This document shows positions 27,487-37,391 of a DNA stretch of 64,000 nucleotides, in pieces. The DNA lies in the NCBI GenBank assembly GCA_013335095.1, contig JAAXWF010000004.1, forward strand, positions 10,740-74,739. Reading direction: 5' to 3'. Every line of letters begins with the position of its first letter. Position 1 is the stretch's first letter. The position numbers and the translations under genes are program-made. The DNA is from a candidate division WWE3 bacterium. Its GTDB lineage: Bacteria > Patescibacteriota > 4484-211 > GCA-002791395. The notes beneath the pieces are model-generated. The model made no database searches. It had not been told where the DNA came from and saw nothing but the letters and a program-made list of their open reading frames with translations.

Positions 27487-28108
27487 TAATTATTCTACAA
27501 GCACCATCGACGTATGTAGCTGGTTTTGTTACACTATAGTTAGTCATAGTATGGAAAAATATGTCACACCGACAGTTTTATATCGGTTACCCAGAGTCGT
27601 TTCGATCATCTTAAGTTACATAGTTTTTGCGTTTTTAATTGCCCTAACCCGAGATGACGCAACAATGCCAAAAATCATCGGCGCGATTGCTGGAATCGCA
27701 GTAACAGCAGGGATTATTTGGTATACGAAAAAACAACAGAATAATCAACTGTATACGTTATTACCTTTGGGATTGTGGTTTGGATTACTTGTATGTTTCA
27801 TGACAGGTGGATTTACCCCAACAATCTCATTTATTAGATTCCTTTTTCTATCTATCCTTACAGGAACAATGACGGCTCTGAGCTATTATGCCTGGCAATA
27901 TAACCAAATTGGTGGGTTAACGTATGTAGGACTAGGCTTGTTCTATTTCTTTTTAGCGGTTAGTAAAGTCGGATTACTTTCGTTATTCTTTTCAGTCGGA
28001 TTATTTATTATTACCGGAGGAACGTATTATTATCAGGAGTATTTACAAGCAAAGATAAAACCCAAAACGCCTTCATCAATCCCGAATCAACAAGTTAGCC
28101 AACAATGA
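27476..28108 (+). CDS. hypothetical membrane protein
   Basis: 210 aa, multi-TM. Start uncertain. Confidence 0.35.
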   Translation: MRYINYSTSTIDVCSWFCYTIVSHSMEKYVTPTVLYRLPRVVSIILSYIVFAFLIALTRDDATMPKIIGAIAGIAVTAGIIWYTKKQQNNQLYTLLPLGLWFGLLVCFMTGGFTPTISFIRFLFLSILTGTMTALSYYAWQYNQIGGLTYVGLGLFYFFLAVSKVGLLSLFFSVGLFIITGGTYYYQEYLQAKIKPKTPSSIPNQQVSQQ

Positions 28109-28411
28109 GATAATCCAGAGTAAAATCGAAGCTATCAGCGCAGTAGAAAAATCAACTGAAAATCCCTTTACAAAGGTACTTACAAAGACAATCAAACCGG
28201 CATTAATTACAAAGGTAAATAGACCCAGTGTCAAAATATTAATTGGCAATGTTAATAAGACTAAAATCGGACGCACCACTGCGTTTAAAATTCCAAGCAA
28301 AAACGCAACAATCAAAGCGGTATAAAAACTTTCAACCCGAAATCCCGGCAAAAGCACCGAAACAATCATTAGACTTAATGCACTGATTAACCATTTTGAT
28401 AGCATCTTCAT
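28076..28411 (-). CDS. DUF360/YvlD-like 4-TM membrane protein (holin-superfamily-IV-like)
   Basis: MKMLSKWLISALSLMIVSVLLPG...NAVVRPILVLLTLP pattern. Confidence 0.5.
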   Translation of the reverse strand: MKMLSKWLISALSLMIVSVLLPGFRVESFYTALIVAFLLGILNAVVRPILVLLTLPINILTLGLFTFVINAGLIVFVSTFVKGFSVDFSTALIASILLWIISLLANLLIRD

Positions 28412-28454
28412 ATGACAATTAGTATACTATTATACTGAAAAGGATGCATAGCAT

Positions 28455-29249
28455 ATGGCCAGTACTCCATATTTTGGACACATAACGTTTGATGCGAACA
28501 CTCAAAAGTATGACCTTAAGCAGGATCTGTGGGGATTTTCGGGGTACAAACACCGTCATGTACGCCAACGGTTGATTGATAGCGGAATGGTAGTACGGAT
28601 ATTTCATCCTGATGCGACTATTCTGATTTACCAGAACCCGGTTGTTGGTGATTACCATCTGCCACAAGATTCAGTTGGGATACATATCGATGACCGCACG
28701 ATCTATTTTGGTATCGCCGATGGAGTTTCAATTGTTGGCCACACGATGGATAATAACTCTGGATATTTATCGTACATCCTGGTAAATTCACTCCCCGATC
28801 TTAAAGAAAAGCCTTGGGAAGAAGTTCTCAATAATACCTGCAATAGTTTTCAGAGAGCCCATCATATTGGGTCATCAACCGTTATTTGGGGATCTCTCGT
28901 ACCAAAAGAGACCGAATACGAGCTTTCGGCATTAACTGTCGCTGAGACATTCGATTCGGGGACGTTCAGGGTATTTTCAAAAAATGGATCCATAGAATTC
29001 TCAAATCACAGCCAGGGATTTGTTCCAAATAATTATCAGTACGACAAGTTTACCGAAAAGCTACCCAAACGATTTGATCTATTTGTCGCATCGGATGGGG
29101 TCAATTTAGATAGTCATGATTTAACGGATCTGATTAATCTTAATCGAGGGCTCAAAACCCCGATTGAAGAGTTTACGTTATTTCTCGAAAGAGAAATCCA
29201 GCCTAATCGCGACGATCAAAGTTTCATTTTAATCTCAACTGATATATGA
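28455..29249 (+). CDS. putative PP2C/SpoIIE-like serine phosphatase (tentative)
   Basis: GIADGVS and LFVASDGV motifs resemble PP2C metal-binding motifs. Confidence 0.4.
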   Translation: MASTPYFGHITFDANTQKYDLKQDLWGFSGYKHRHVRQRLIDSGMVVRIFHPDATILIYQNPVVGDYHLPQDSVGIHIDDRTIYFGIADGVSIVGHTMDNNSGYLSYILVNSLPDLKEKPWEEVLNNTCNSFQRAHHIGSSTVIWGSLVPKETEYELSALTVAETFDSGTFRVFSKNGSIEFSNHSQGFVPNNYQYDKFTEKLPKRFDLFVASDGVNLDSHDLTDLINLNRGLKTPIEEFTLFLEREIQPNRDDQSFILISTDI

Positions 29250-29974
29250 GCACGAATCTGGTACCCACCTTACAAAAGGTATTTCCACCTGAATGGGTTA
29301 ATCAAATCGCCGATGAAACATTAAAATATGCTCTATGTGAAAATCAGAATTTTCGGGTAGAAGTTGATAAATGGTTGTCCTTATTTGATAAAAAAGGTTG
29401 GCTGACGGATGGAGTGATTAACCGCCTTAGGCGTGGCAATCACTGGCCAGGATATTATTCAAAGATTAATGAATTTCGAGTTGGGTATTTTGTAGAAACA
29501 ATGCTCGGACTTCAGCTTATTGAGTATGAATCTCCGACGATCCGAAATAAAAATGTCGAGTTCAAATGCGTCAGTATCAACGAACAAATGATTTATGTAG
29601 AAGTCAAAACGCCTTTAAATTTGGAACGATTCGGACTACGTCCCCAAACCGATAATAACAGTGATTTGATTTATTCTTTGCTTCGCAAGGCTTCGGTACA
29701 ATTATCCGACCGCAAACCCTCAATTGTCGTTTTAGCCGACGATTTAAACTTCCCTTTGCTTATAGATAGAGACGGACAACACTATTTGGAATCGATTTTC
29801 AAAGATGAATCACTTAGAACAATAAGCGCGGTATGTTTTATGGGTGGGATCTTTATAGAGACAATGTATTCAATTGTATGGGCGATAAATCCACATGCGG
29901 CACAACCGATAGATGAGAACTTATTTATTGGCTTTATGGCGATGGATTCATCTGTAACTAAGACTGATCAGTAA
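29246..29974 (+). CDS. hypothetical protein (translationally coupled to upstream gene)
   Basis: ATGA overlap at 29246-29249. Confidence 0.45.
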   Translation: MSTNLVPTLQKVFPPEWVNQIADETLKYALCENQNFRVEVDKWLSLFDKKGWLTDGVINRLRRGNHWPGYYSKINEFRVGYFVETMLGLQLIEYESPTIRNKNVEFKCVSINEQMIYVEVKTPLNLERFGLRPQTDNNSDLIYSLLRKASVQLSDRKPSIVVLADDLNFPLLIDRDGQHYLESIFKDESLRTISAVCFMGGIFIETMYSIVWAINPHAAQPIDENLFIGFMAMDSSVTKTDQ

Positions 29975-30016
29975 AAGTCCAAAACACTCACCTCTGCCTG
30001 TTATAATAGGTGGCGT

Positions 30017-31072
30017 ATGGCTTTACAGGCAGGTCTTGTTGGACTTCCCAACGTTGGAAAATCTACTCTATTTAATGCACTGCTATCACGACAGGTGGCA
30101 GATGCCGCGAATTATCCATTTTGCACCATAGAACCGAATGTCGGAGTTGTTGAAATCCCCGACCCCAGACTTGGAAAGCTCGCTGAAGTAGTACACAGTA
30201 ATACATTAGTTCCTGCCGCAATGGAGTTTGTCGATATCGCCGGATTAGTTGAGGGTGCGAGCCAAGGCGAAGGACTTGGTAATAAATTTTTATCACATAT
30301 ACGTGAAGTCGATGCGATTATTTATGTGCTTCGTGACTTTAGTGACGAAAATATCGTTAGAGCTGGAAGTAAATCGCCCTCAGATGATTTAGCGATTTTA
30401 ACAACAGAGTTACAGCTTGCCGATTTACAAACGCTCGAAAAACAGCGAGAACCTAAAAGTAATCCAACAAAAGAAGAAAAATTCCGCTGGAGTGCAGTAG
30501 AAAAGATACGTCCGATACTTGAAGCCGGACGTAATGCGTCGGAAGCGAATCTAACCGAAGAAGAACAAAAAGAGGTCAAATCGTTTGCCCTCTTAACCAT
30601 GAAACCCGCGATGATCGTATTAAATACCGATGAAGAACATATTAGCGATTCATTACCACTCGGACTATCGTATCCAGCAATTCGTTTATGTGCCAAACTC
30701 GAAGCCCAGCTTACCGACATTACACCCGAAGAAAAAAATGAATTACTTAGTGCATATGGGATAGAACAACCGGGATTAAACATCTTAATTCAGGAAGCAT
30801 TTCGATTACTTCATTTGATTACGTTCTTAACTGCAGGGGAAAAAGAAGTCCGAGCGTGGCCAATCTTAGAAGGAACTAAAGCCCCTCAAGCGGCAGGCAC
30901 AATTCATACCGATTTTGAAAAAGCATTTATTAAAGCAAATATAGCATCGTTTACCGATTTTGTTGAACTCGGCGGTTGGAAAGATGTCAGAAATGCCGGC
31001 AAAGCCCGGATGGAAGGAAAAGAATATATCATGCAAGAGGGCGATGTCGTTGAGTTTATGGTCAATCCCTAA
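30017..31072 (+). CDS. ychF: ribosome-binding ATPase YchF (Obg-family GTPase)
   Basis: GLVGLPNVGKSTLFNAL, FPFCTIEPN, DIAGLV and a TGS-like C-terminus in a 351-aa product. Confidence 0.9.
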   Translation: MALQAGLVGLPNVGKSTLFNALLSRQVADAANYPFCTIEPNVGVVEIPDPRLGKLAEVVHSNTLVPAAMEFVDIAGLVEGASQGEGLGNKFLSHIREVDAIIYVLRDFSDENIVRAGSKSPSDDLAILTTELQLADLQTLEKQREPKSNPTKEEKFRWSAVEKIRPILEAGRNASEANLTEEEQKEVKSFALLTMKPAMIVLNTDEEHISDSLPLGLSYPAIRLCAKLEAQLTDITPEEKNELLSAYGIEQPGLNILIQEAFRLLHLITFLTAGEKEVRAWPILEGTKAPQAAGTIHTDFEKAFIKANIASFTDFVELGGWKDVRNAGKARMEGKEYIMQEGDVVEFMVNP

Positions 31073-31083
31073 AAAAATCTAAA

Positions 31084-32016
31084 TTATAAATTTTCGGATA
31101 AATATCGTTCAGCACGTATCGCGGCTTTACATCCCATACCGGCTGCAGTGATAGCCTGTTTATAGACCGGATCGCTCACATCGCCGGCAACAAAAACGCC
31201 TTCGACACTTGTATGCACATCATCTGGAGTAACCACATACCCATGCACATCAAGGTCTACTGCATCTTTTAGGAATTCGGTTTGTGGTACATGGCCAATC
31301 GCTAAAAAAACCCCATCGACATCAAGTGTTGTGGTTTCACCAGTAAGTGAATTGAATAATGCCAACCCAGTTACGACCTGCTCATTGCCTACAATTTCAC
31401 GTACTTCAGAGTTCCACACTACTTTAATTTTTGGGTTAGAAAAAATACGTTCCTGCATAATTTTGCTCGCCCTAAATGCATCCCGGCGGTGAATAATATA
31501 TACGGTTTCGGCGAATCGAGTCAAAAAGTTAGCTTCTTCCATGGCAGAATCTCCGCCACCTATAACCGCAACTTTTCGATCCCGGTAAAAAGCGCCATCA
31601 CACGTAGCACAGGTCGATACACCCTTACCCCAATATTTTTGTTCTGATTCTAAACCTAAAGTCCGTGCGGTAGAGCCTGTGGCCAAAATGACCGATTTAC
31701 TAGTATAGGTAGTATCATTGGCCTTAACCACAAAAGGTTTTTTTGAAAAGTCGACTGATTGAACGGTTTCATATTTTATTTCAGTACCAAAACGCTCGGC
31801 TTGCTTGATCATTTCGGCCATTAATGCAGGGCCCTGAATACCTTCGGAAAATCCTGGGTAATTTTCTACAAGTGTTGTAGTCATTAATTGCCCACCAAAT
31901 TGGACACCTGCTAAAAGAATTGGTTTCAAATTTGCTCGTGCTAAATAGATTGCCGCAGTTAGGCCAGCGGGTCCAGAACCGATGATAAGTACATTTTGAG
32001 GAGATGATTCCGTCAT
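31084..32016 (-). CDS. trxB: thioredoxin-disulfide reductase
   Basis: IIGSGPAGLTAAIY FAD motif, CATCDG redox centre and GGGDSAMEEA NADPH motif. Confidence 0.9.
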   Translation of the reverse strand: MTESSPQNVLIIGSGPAGLTAAIYLARANLKPILLAGVQFGGQLMTTTLVENYPGFSEGIQGPALMAEMIKQAERFGTEIKYETVQSVDFSKKPFVVKANDTTYTSKSVILATGSTARTLGLESEQKYWGKGVSTCATCDGAFYRDRKVAVIGGGDSAMEEANFLTRFAETVYIIHRRDAFRASKIMQERIFSNPKIKVVWNSEVREIVGNEQVVTGLALFNSLTGETTTLDVDGVFLAIGHVPQTEFLKDAVDLDVHGYVVTPDDVHTSVEGVFVAGDVSDPVYKQAITAAGMGCKAAIRAERYLSENL

Positions 32017-32032
32017 GGTGTTATCAAGCGAA

Positions 32033-32353
32033 CTAAGCAGCAGTGTGTTTATTTACTGCATTAATATAATCAATCTTATTCCGCACACCAACAAGCTGCT
32101 CTACCGGTTGTCCATTTTTAAATAATATTACGGTTGGGATACCTCGAACTCCAAATACGCCTGCGATTTCGGGATCTAATTCGACATTGATCTTTCCAAC
32201 CTTAACTTTGCCAGCGAGTTCGGTTGCGAGGGCTTCAATTGTAGGAGAGAGCATATGACACGGGCCACACCATTCTGCCCAAAAATCGACGAGAACCAGA
32301 CCAGTCGAGTTTTTAATCTCCTGGTCAAAATTAGCTTTATTTATTTCAAGCAT
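32033..32353 (-). CDS. trxA: thioredoxin
   Basis: WAEWCGPC active site in a 106-aa product. Confidence 0.9.
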   Translation of the reverse strand: MLEINKANFDQEIKNSTGLVLVDFWAEWCGPCHMLSPTIEALATELAGKVKVGKINVELDPEIAGVFGVRGIPTVILFKNGQPVEQLVGVRNKIDYINAVNKHTAA

Positions 32354-32418
32354 AGATATACTTTAACAAATGCAGCAAGAGGCTACGCCTTGTCACAATT
32401 GGGTCGGTGGCGATACCG

Positions 32419-33108
32419 TTATGATGCGAGATAATGCAGCACTAATAAATGAATAGGATAGTATGTATAAAATAGGAGTTTATACCGACGTATAAAGAAT
32501 GCATTTACATAAATCCGATATGAAATCCAAATAAATGCAGCTGCGAAAAGTGAAGATAGGATATACAGCAGACTCTGAAAAGATTGATCGACAAAATTTA
32601 ATACTGCAACCGATGCGATCCACAGGGGAATGTATAGTGAATGAGACGAGGGAAGCTCGAGCATACGCACAGCCAGATAGACCATCAGGACCCCCTTCAT
32701 TCCATGATCAAGATGAATTGGTAAAAACGAATCTAACGACGTTAGTACAATAATGACGGCAGTACTTATAAATAATATATTTAGTTTTTGAGAGTTAAAT
32801 AGCTGACTCATATATAACCCGAGTGCCAGAGTAAAAAATATATTGAGCACCAGTGGTTCCTGTATCGTATAAATAAAAATAGGTTGTGAAAGTATTCCAA
32901 ATACTAGTAATCTAAACAGATACTTGGTCTTACTTTTTGTATGGAAGACGTAATTGTACGCGAGAATAAATCCGAATAGCACAAACGCCCATCGCCCAAC
33001 AACAACCATCCAGACATAGTTATAGTGAAAAATAATTCGATTAACATGATCTATTGTCATAGAAATGATCGCAATAATCTTAAGTAGATCCAAATTCGGC
33101 CTTTTCAT
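32419..33108 (-). CDS. TraX-family membrane protein
   Basis: LDLLKIIAIISMTIDHV N-terminus, multi-TM. Confidence 0.5.
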   Translation of the reverse strand: MKRPNLDLLKIIAIISMTIDHVNRIIFHYNYVWMVVVGRWAFVLFGFILAYNYVFHTKSKTKYLFRLLVFGILSQPIFIYTIQEPLVLNIFFTLALGLYMSQLFNSQKLNILFISTAVIIVLTSLDSFLPIHLDHGMKGVLMVYLAVRMLELPSSHSLYIPLWIASVAVLNFVDQSFQSLLYILSSLFAAAFIWISYRIYVNAFFIRRYKLLFYTYYPIHLLVLHYLAS

Positions 33109-33229
33109 GATAATGAGTATACCCCTTTCCCAGCCCCCATATTAGACTTATAGTTTTGACTTTTACTCTACTTTAAGCTACTATAAACGGCGTACATACG
33201 GTAAATGGACCAACTTAAGGAGGTCGGCA

Positions 33230-33934
33230 ATGCCTCAGTATTTGGACCGGAATGTAAGTCCGGCAAATCTAATCCTGAGTATCGACCGGAACGGAAAGGT
33301 CAAGGCTCACGCCCTGTACTCATTACAGGGGATGCGAACATTAGCGTCAACCCATAGAATTGTGGTAATGCGATCGAACGATGGTTGTAATCACTGGGAG
33401 TATCTAACCCCCCGCCAAGCAACCACAGAAGAGCCGATCACCGTCGACGATCTGGTTGAATGTCAGTCAATCAGCGAGCTTGATTCACTGATGGTCCACA
33501 TAGGGTCACAAAGCCTTAAGGACCTGTGGACCAAACTCATGCTCATGCAGAATGCACAGCGTGAGGTAATTCCACCCCGAGGTTTTTACGCCTCGTCACC
33601 AATCAAAGGCCACTTTCTGGTAGTAGAACTAACCGCGTTACACGAATACCGCGCTTGGTTAGTAGAGAGCGAACAAGCGTTGGCAGATCGGACACGCGAC
33701 GAGTCTTCCACATACTTCATTTTGCCACCGGATGACCGGATTTGGCGGGTGATAGACGCAAATTGGCGCACACCCGATGATTTGCCTACAGGGCTGCCGT
33801 TTCTCATCAGGCTTGCCTTTGGTGAACCCGATCTGGACGCAGCCATGAGGTTCTTCAACGTAGATACGGTATATGACCTTTGGTATCGAATCTACCAACG
33901 CCAAGAATTTAGCGGCCGTCTAGTTCAGTGCTAG
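33230..33934 (+). CDS. hypothetical protein (GC-rich, ~50% GC)
   Basis: 234-aa ORF whose composition differs from its neighbours. Confidence 0.45.
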   Translation: MPQYLDRNVSPANLILSIDRNGKVKAHALYSLQGMRTLASTHRIVVMRSNDGCNHWEYLTPRQATTEEPITVDDLVECQSISELDSLMVHIGSQSLKDLWTKLMLMQNAQREVIPPRGFYASSPIKGHFLVVELTALHEYRAWLVESEQALADRTRDESSTYFILPPDDRIWRVIDANWRTPDDLPTGLPFLIRLAFGEPDLDAAMRFFNVDTVYDLWYRIYQRQEFSGRLVQC

Positions 33935-33944
33935 TCGGCAAAGC

Positions 33945-33974
33945 AGAGGAAGAGGTGGAATCACCTCTTCCTCT
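33945..33974. other. perfect 13-bp hairpin abutting tgt start
   Basis: agaggaagaggtg / cacctcttcctct with loop gaat. No U-tract follows on the + strand. Confidence 0.4.
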
Positions 33975-33979
33975 TAAAA

Positions 33980-35149
33980 ATGGTACAATCCCACTACATG
34001 AACATAAAACCACAAAATCCCCTTACCATCTTGGCAAAAGATTCAAAAAGTATAGCCCGAACCGGCACCCTTTGGACTCGTTTCGGTGAGGTACAAACAC
34101 CCTGTTTTATACCAGACGCAACGCAGGCTACTGTCAAACATCTATCCCCTGATGAACTAAAAGAAATAAATTTAGAAATCGTACTGGGCAATTTATACCA
34201 TTTGTGGCTTCGTCCTGGAGTAGACGTTATCGAAAAGCTTGGAGGACTCCATGAATTCATGCAATGGGATCGGCCAATATTAACTGATAGCGGAGGATAC
34301 CAGGTATATTCATTAATTCATCGGAGTGGACTCGGTAAGATCACTCCTGAAGGAGCCCTGTTTAAATCACATTTAGACGGATCAAAAAAGCTCCTAACCC
34401 CCGAAATATCAGTATCAACTCAATATCGAATGGGGTCAGATATCATCTTAATGCTTGATGAGAGTGCTCCCGCAAGTAAGACAGAAAAGTACGTCCACAG
34501 TTCGGTGAATTTAACACTTGAGTGGGCAAAACGATCTCGAGATACATTTGATCACCTCAATACACAAAATGATCGACTGTTGTTTGGTATCGTTCAGGGT
34601 GGAGTCTATCCAGACCAATTAGCTCGAAGTGCCGAGGAAACTATCAAACTTGATTTTGATGGTTATGCATTGGGGGGCGTCGCGGTTGGATTGCACGATG
34701 AAAAGCTGCATCAAATTGTCGGTAATGCACTAAATCTATTGCCCGAAGATAAACCACGCTATGTTTTAGGCGTCGGATATCCACAGGACATAATTAAAGC
34801 CGTACTGATGGGAGCTGATATCTTTGACTGTGTTATCCCTACCAGAAATGCACGCCATGGCTCTCTATTTACCCGTTACGGAACAATGCATATTACCAGC
34901 GCTCAATATCGAACAGATAAATCCCCAATTGAGGATGATTGTGATTGCTACGCCTGTACTCATTTTTCTCGTGCGTACTTACATCACCTTATCCGAGTAA
35001 ATGAACCACTGGGCATGCGAATGGCGACAACACATAACCTTCGTTTTTATATGAGGCTCATGGAGAATATTCGTCAACACATCGCACAGGGAACGTTTGA
35101 CTCATTTACCCAAGAAATACTTTCAATCTACCGCCCGAACGCTCATTAA
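33980..35149 (+). CDS. tgt: queuine tRNA-ribosyltransferase
   Basis: LGNLYHLWLRPG, DSGGYQ, LMLDE, GVGYPQD and zinc site CDCYAC...H. An alternative start is at 33998 (MNIKPQ). Confidence 0.9.
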   Translation: MVQSHYMNIKPQNPLTILAKDSKSIARTGTLWTRFGEVQTPCFIPDATQATVKHLSPDELKEINLEIVLGNLYHLWLRPGVDVIEKLGGLHEFMQWDRPILTDSGGYQVYSLIHRSGLGKITPEGALFKSHLDGSKKLLTPEISVSTQYRMGSDIILMLDESAPASKTEKYVHSSVNLTLEWAKRSRDTFDHLNTQNDRLLFGIVQGGVYPDQLARSAEETIKLDFDGYALGGVAVGLHDEKLHQIVGNALNLLPEDKPRYVLGVGYPQDIIKAVLMGADIFDCVIPTRNARHGSLFTRYGTMHITSAQYRTDKSPIEDDCDCYACTHFSRAYLHHLIRVNEPLGMRMATTHNLRFYMRLMENIRQHIAQGTFDSFTQEILSIYRPNAH

Positions 35150-35209
35150 TTTACTGAATCTTAAAAATATTTGTTAAGATTTACCATAAACAGGTACAAT
35201 CTATGTACT

Positions 35210-36832
35210 ATGAATCGAATACTAAATCACCGTATTTGGACATTGCTGATTGGTTGTGCGCTAATCCTAACATCCCTCAGCTCGGTGGTTTGGTTGCTGA
35301 CTCATAACGGGTCGGTTTACTATTCATATTTACCCGAACAGTTACAGCAAGTCACCACAATAAGTAGTACAAATACGATTCCCGAAATAGAACAGTCAAT
35401 CCATCAGCTCTCCCTCGAAAATCATCAATACGTTGTAACGAAAGAAAATGGAGACATACACCTTAGTAACAAACCAAATGAGGGAGAAATTTTACATGAA
35501 CGATATTATGTAGCCGTTACCGCATTCAACGCCCTCGTAGATACGATATCTTCTCAAGAATTACTCAACCTAATTGCGACCCATCAAACAAATAGTGAAT
35601 TTAATTCCGTAATGTTTACCTCTGTATCAAAAGAAGAAATAAACCAAATCTTTGGTACGCATGTATCGGATTTATCATTGACGGATTTATCAGCGCTACG
35701 AGAGACAATCACTTCAAAAACAGTGGCCGTTATCCCCTTTGATCAGCTGACTCCTGATCTTAAGGTATTAAGTATTGACGGTAAAAACATCCTTGACACA
35801 GCCTACGATGGTGCAAATTGGCCGCTCAAAATAGTTGTCACCGTTTCGGGCAACGAAGCGCAGCCGATCATCGCAACATTGCGACATGCCGTCCCTGAAC
35901 GAAACCGGAATACGAGCGCCATGACAAGTATGGTACTAACTGGAGTAACCGCAATTAGCCGGGGCGTTGAATATGCGATAGAGCAACACAAAGATACACT
36001 GTTTCCTGCACGCGGCGTTATGGATGTATTGTCCAAGGCGGATATTACTCACATTGATAACGAAAATCCGTTATTTGATAATTGTAAACCCGAAAAAGAA
36101 GGCATCGTCTTATGTGGTCGAACGACGTCTATTGATTCATTAAAAGCGATTGGAACAGATATTGCCGATCTTACCGGTAACCATCAAAACGATTACGGAA
36201 TCGAAAAAAACCTAGAGTCGATACGACATCTGCAAGATGCTGGAATTGAATACTACGGTGGAGGTAAAAATGAACAGGATGCGCAAAAAATTCTTGTAAA
36301 AGATATCAAGGGGACAACATTTGCCTTTACCGGGTATAACTATTTTGATTCACTGAATGGTCCTGGGTATGTTTCGTTAGCCAAAGGAGATCACCCAGGA
36401 GCCAATTATTATTCCGAGGAAAAAATGAACCAAACAGTTACGGAGGCACGGAGCAAAGCCGAAATAGTCCAGGTTGACTATCAATTCATTGAAACATATC
36501 AGTATAATCCAATCCCCGATCAAATTTCAGTTTTCCGAAAAACGATTGATGCAGGAGCTGACATTGTCGTAGGGGTACAATCTCACCAACCGCAAAAAAT
36601 TGAATTCTATAAAAACGGAGTAATATTTTATGGTTTAGGCAATTTATTTTTTGACCAAATGTGGTCGGTACCAACCAGACAAGGAATAATCCCTCGACTG
36701 ACATTTATCGACGGGAAATTAGTTTCCATTGAGTTATTAACGACTTTGTTATTTGATTATGCTCAACCTCGATTTGTTACTGGAGAAGACCGCATATCTA
36801 TTTTGAAAAATATCCTCCCAACCGGCCAATAA
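35210..36832 (+). CDS. CapA/PgsA-like metallophosphatase-fold protein with N-terminal TM anchor
   Basis: LTGNHQNDYG, YYGGG and GADIVVGVQSHQPQ...FYGLGNLFFDQ. Confidence 0.6.
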   Translation: MNRILNHRIWTLLIGCALILTSLSSVVWLLTHNGSVYYSYLPEQLQQVTTISSTNTIPEIEQSIHQLSLENHQYVVTKENGDIHLSNKPNEGEILHERYYVAVTAFNALVDTISSQELLNLIATHQTNSEFNSVMFTSVSKEEINQIFGTHVSDLSLTDLSALRETITSKTVAVIPFDQLTPDLKVLSIDGKNILDTAYDGANWPLKIVVTVSGNEAQPIIATLRHAVPERNRNTSAMTSMVLTGVTAISRGVEYAIEQHKDTLFPARGVMDVLSKADITHIDNENPLFDNCKPEKEGIVLCGRTTSIDSLKAIGTDIADLTGNHQNDYGIEKNLESIRHLQDAGIEYYGGGKNEQDAQKILVKDIKGTTFAFTGYNYFDSLNGPGYVSLAKGDHPGANYYSEEKMNQTVTEARSKAEIVQVDYQFIETYQYNPIPDQISVFRKTIDAGADIVVGVQSHQPQKIEFYKNGVIFYGLGNLFFDQMWSVPTRQGIIPRLTFIDGKLVSIELLTTLLFDYAQPRFVTGEDRISILKNILPTGQ

Positions 36833-36927
36833 CCGATTTACGACTTACAATAAGCTTACAAAATATTAATATCCCACATAATCTAATTGAGTTATTATAT
36901 CTATCGACAGAATGGGGGTGATCAATT

Positions 36928-37182
36928 ATGGGTATACTACTTTGGATTATATTTGGAGCATTAGTAGGTTGGGTTGCTTCAATTATCATGAAAACAAACG
37001 ATCAGCAGGGGGCGTTTGGCGATATTTTATTGGGTATCGTCGGGGCAGTTGTTGGCGGGTTTATCATGAATTTATTGGGACAACCTGGCGTCAACGAATT
37101 TAACTTGTATAGTTTTATCGTTGCACTCATAGGAGCTGTTATTGTTGTTACGGTTTCTCGCGCATTTAGAAGTAGAGTATAA
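36928..37182 (+). CDS. GlsB/YeaQ/YmgE-family small membrane stress protein
   Basis: MGILLWIIFGALVGWVASIIM...GDILLGIVGAVVGGFI. Confidence 0.7.
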   Translation: MGILLWIIFGALVGWVASIIMKTNDQQGAFGDILLGIVGAVVGGFIMNLLGQPGVNEFNLYSFIVALIGAVIVVTVSRAFRSRV

Positions 37183-37391
37183 AGAGTATGTTGCAACATA
37201 AAATATGCAAAGTGAAATTTATGGTAGGTGGTGAAAACAACATTAGTGAGGCCATGCAAAGTTAATGTTTTCACCACCCAGACAAGAGAGTTAACCAGCA
37301 GTTTTAAAATCAACTACGAGTACATATTACCCTCGCATATTTATAAACGAACAATAATCATGAAAGAATTATGTAAGATGGGATACGGATG

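Noticed and set aside
33945-33974. 13-bp perfect hairpin as a Rho-independent terminator of the GC-rich ORF
   Set aside because: No U-tract follows on the + strand, and it overlaps the tgt start region. Its function as a terminator, attenuator or site is undetermined.
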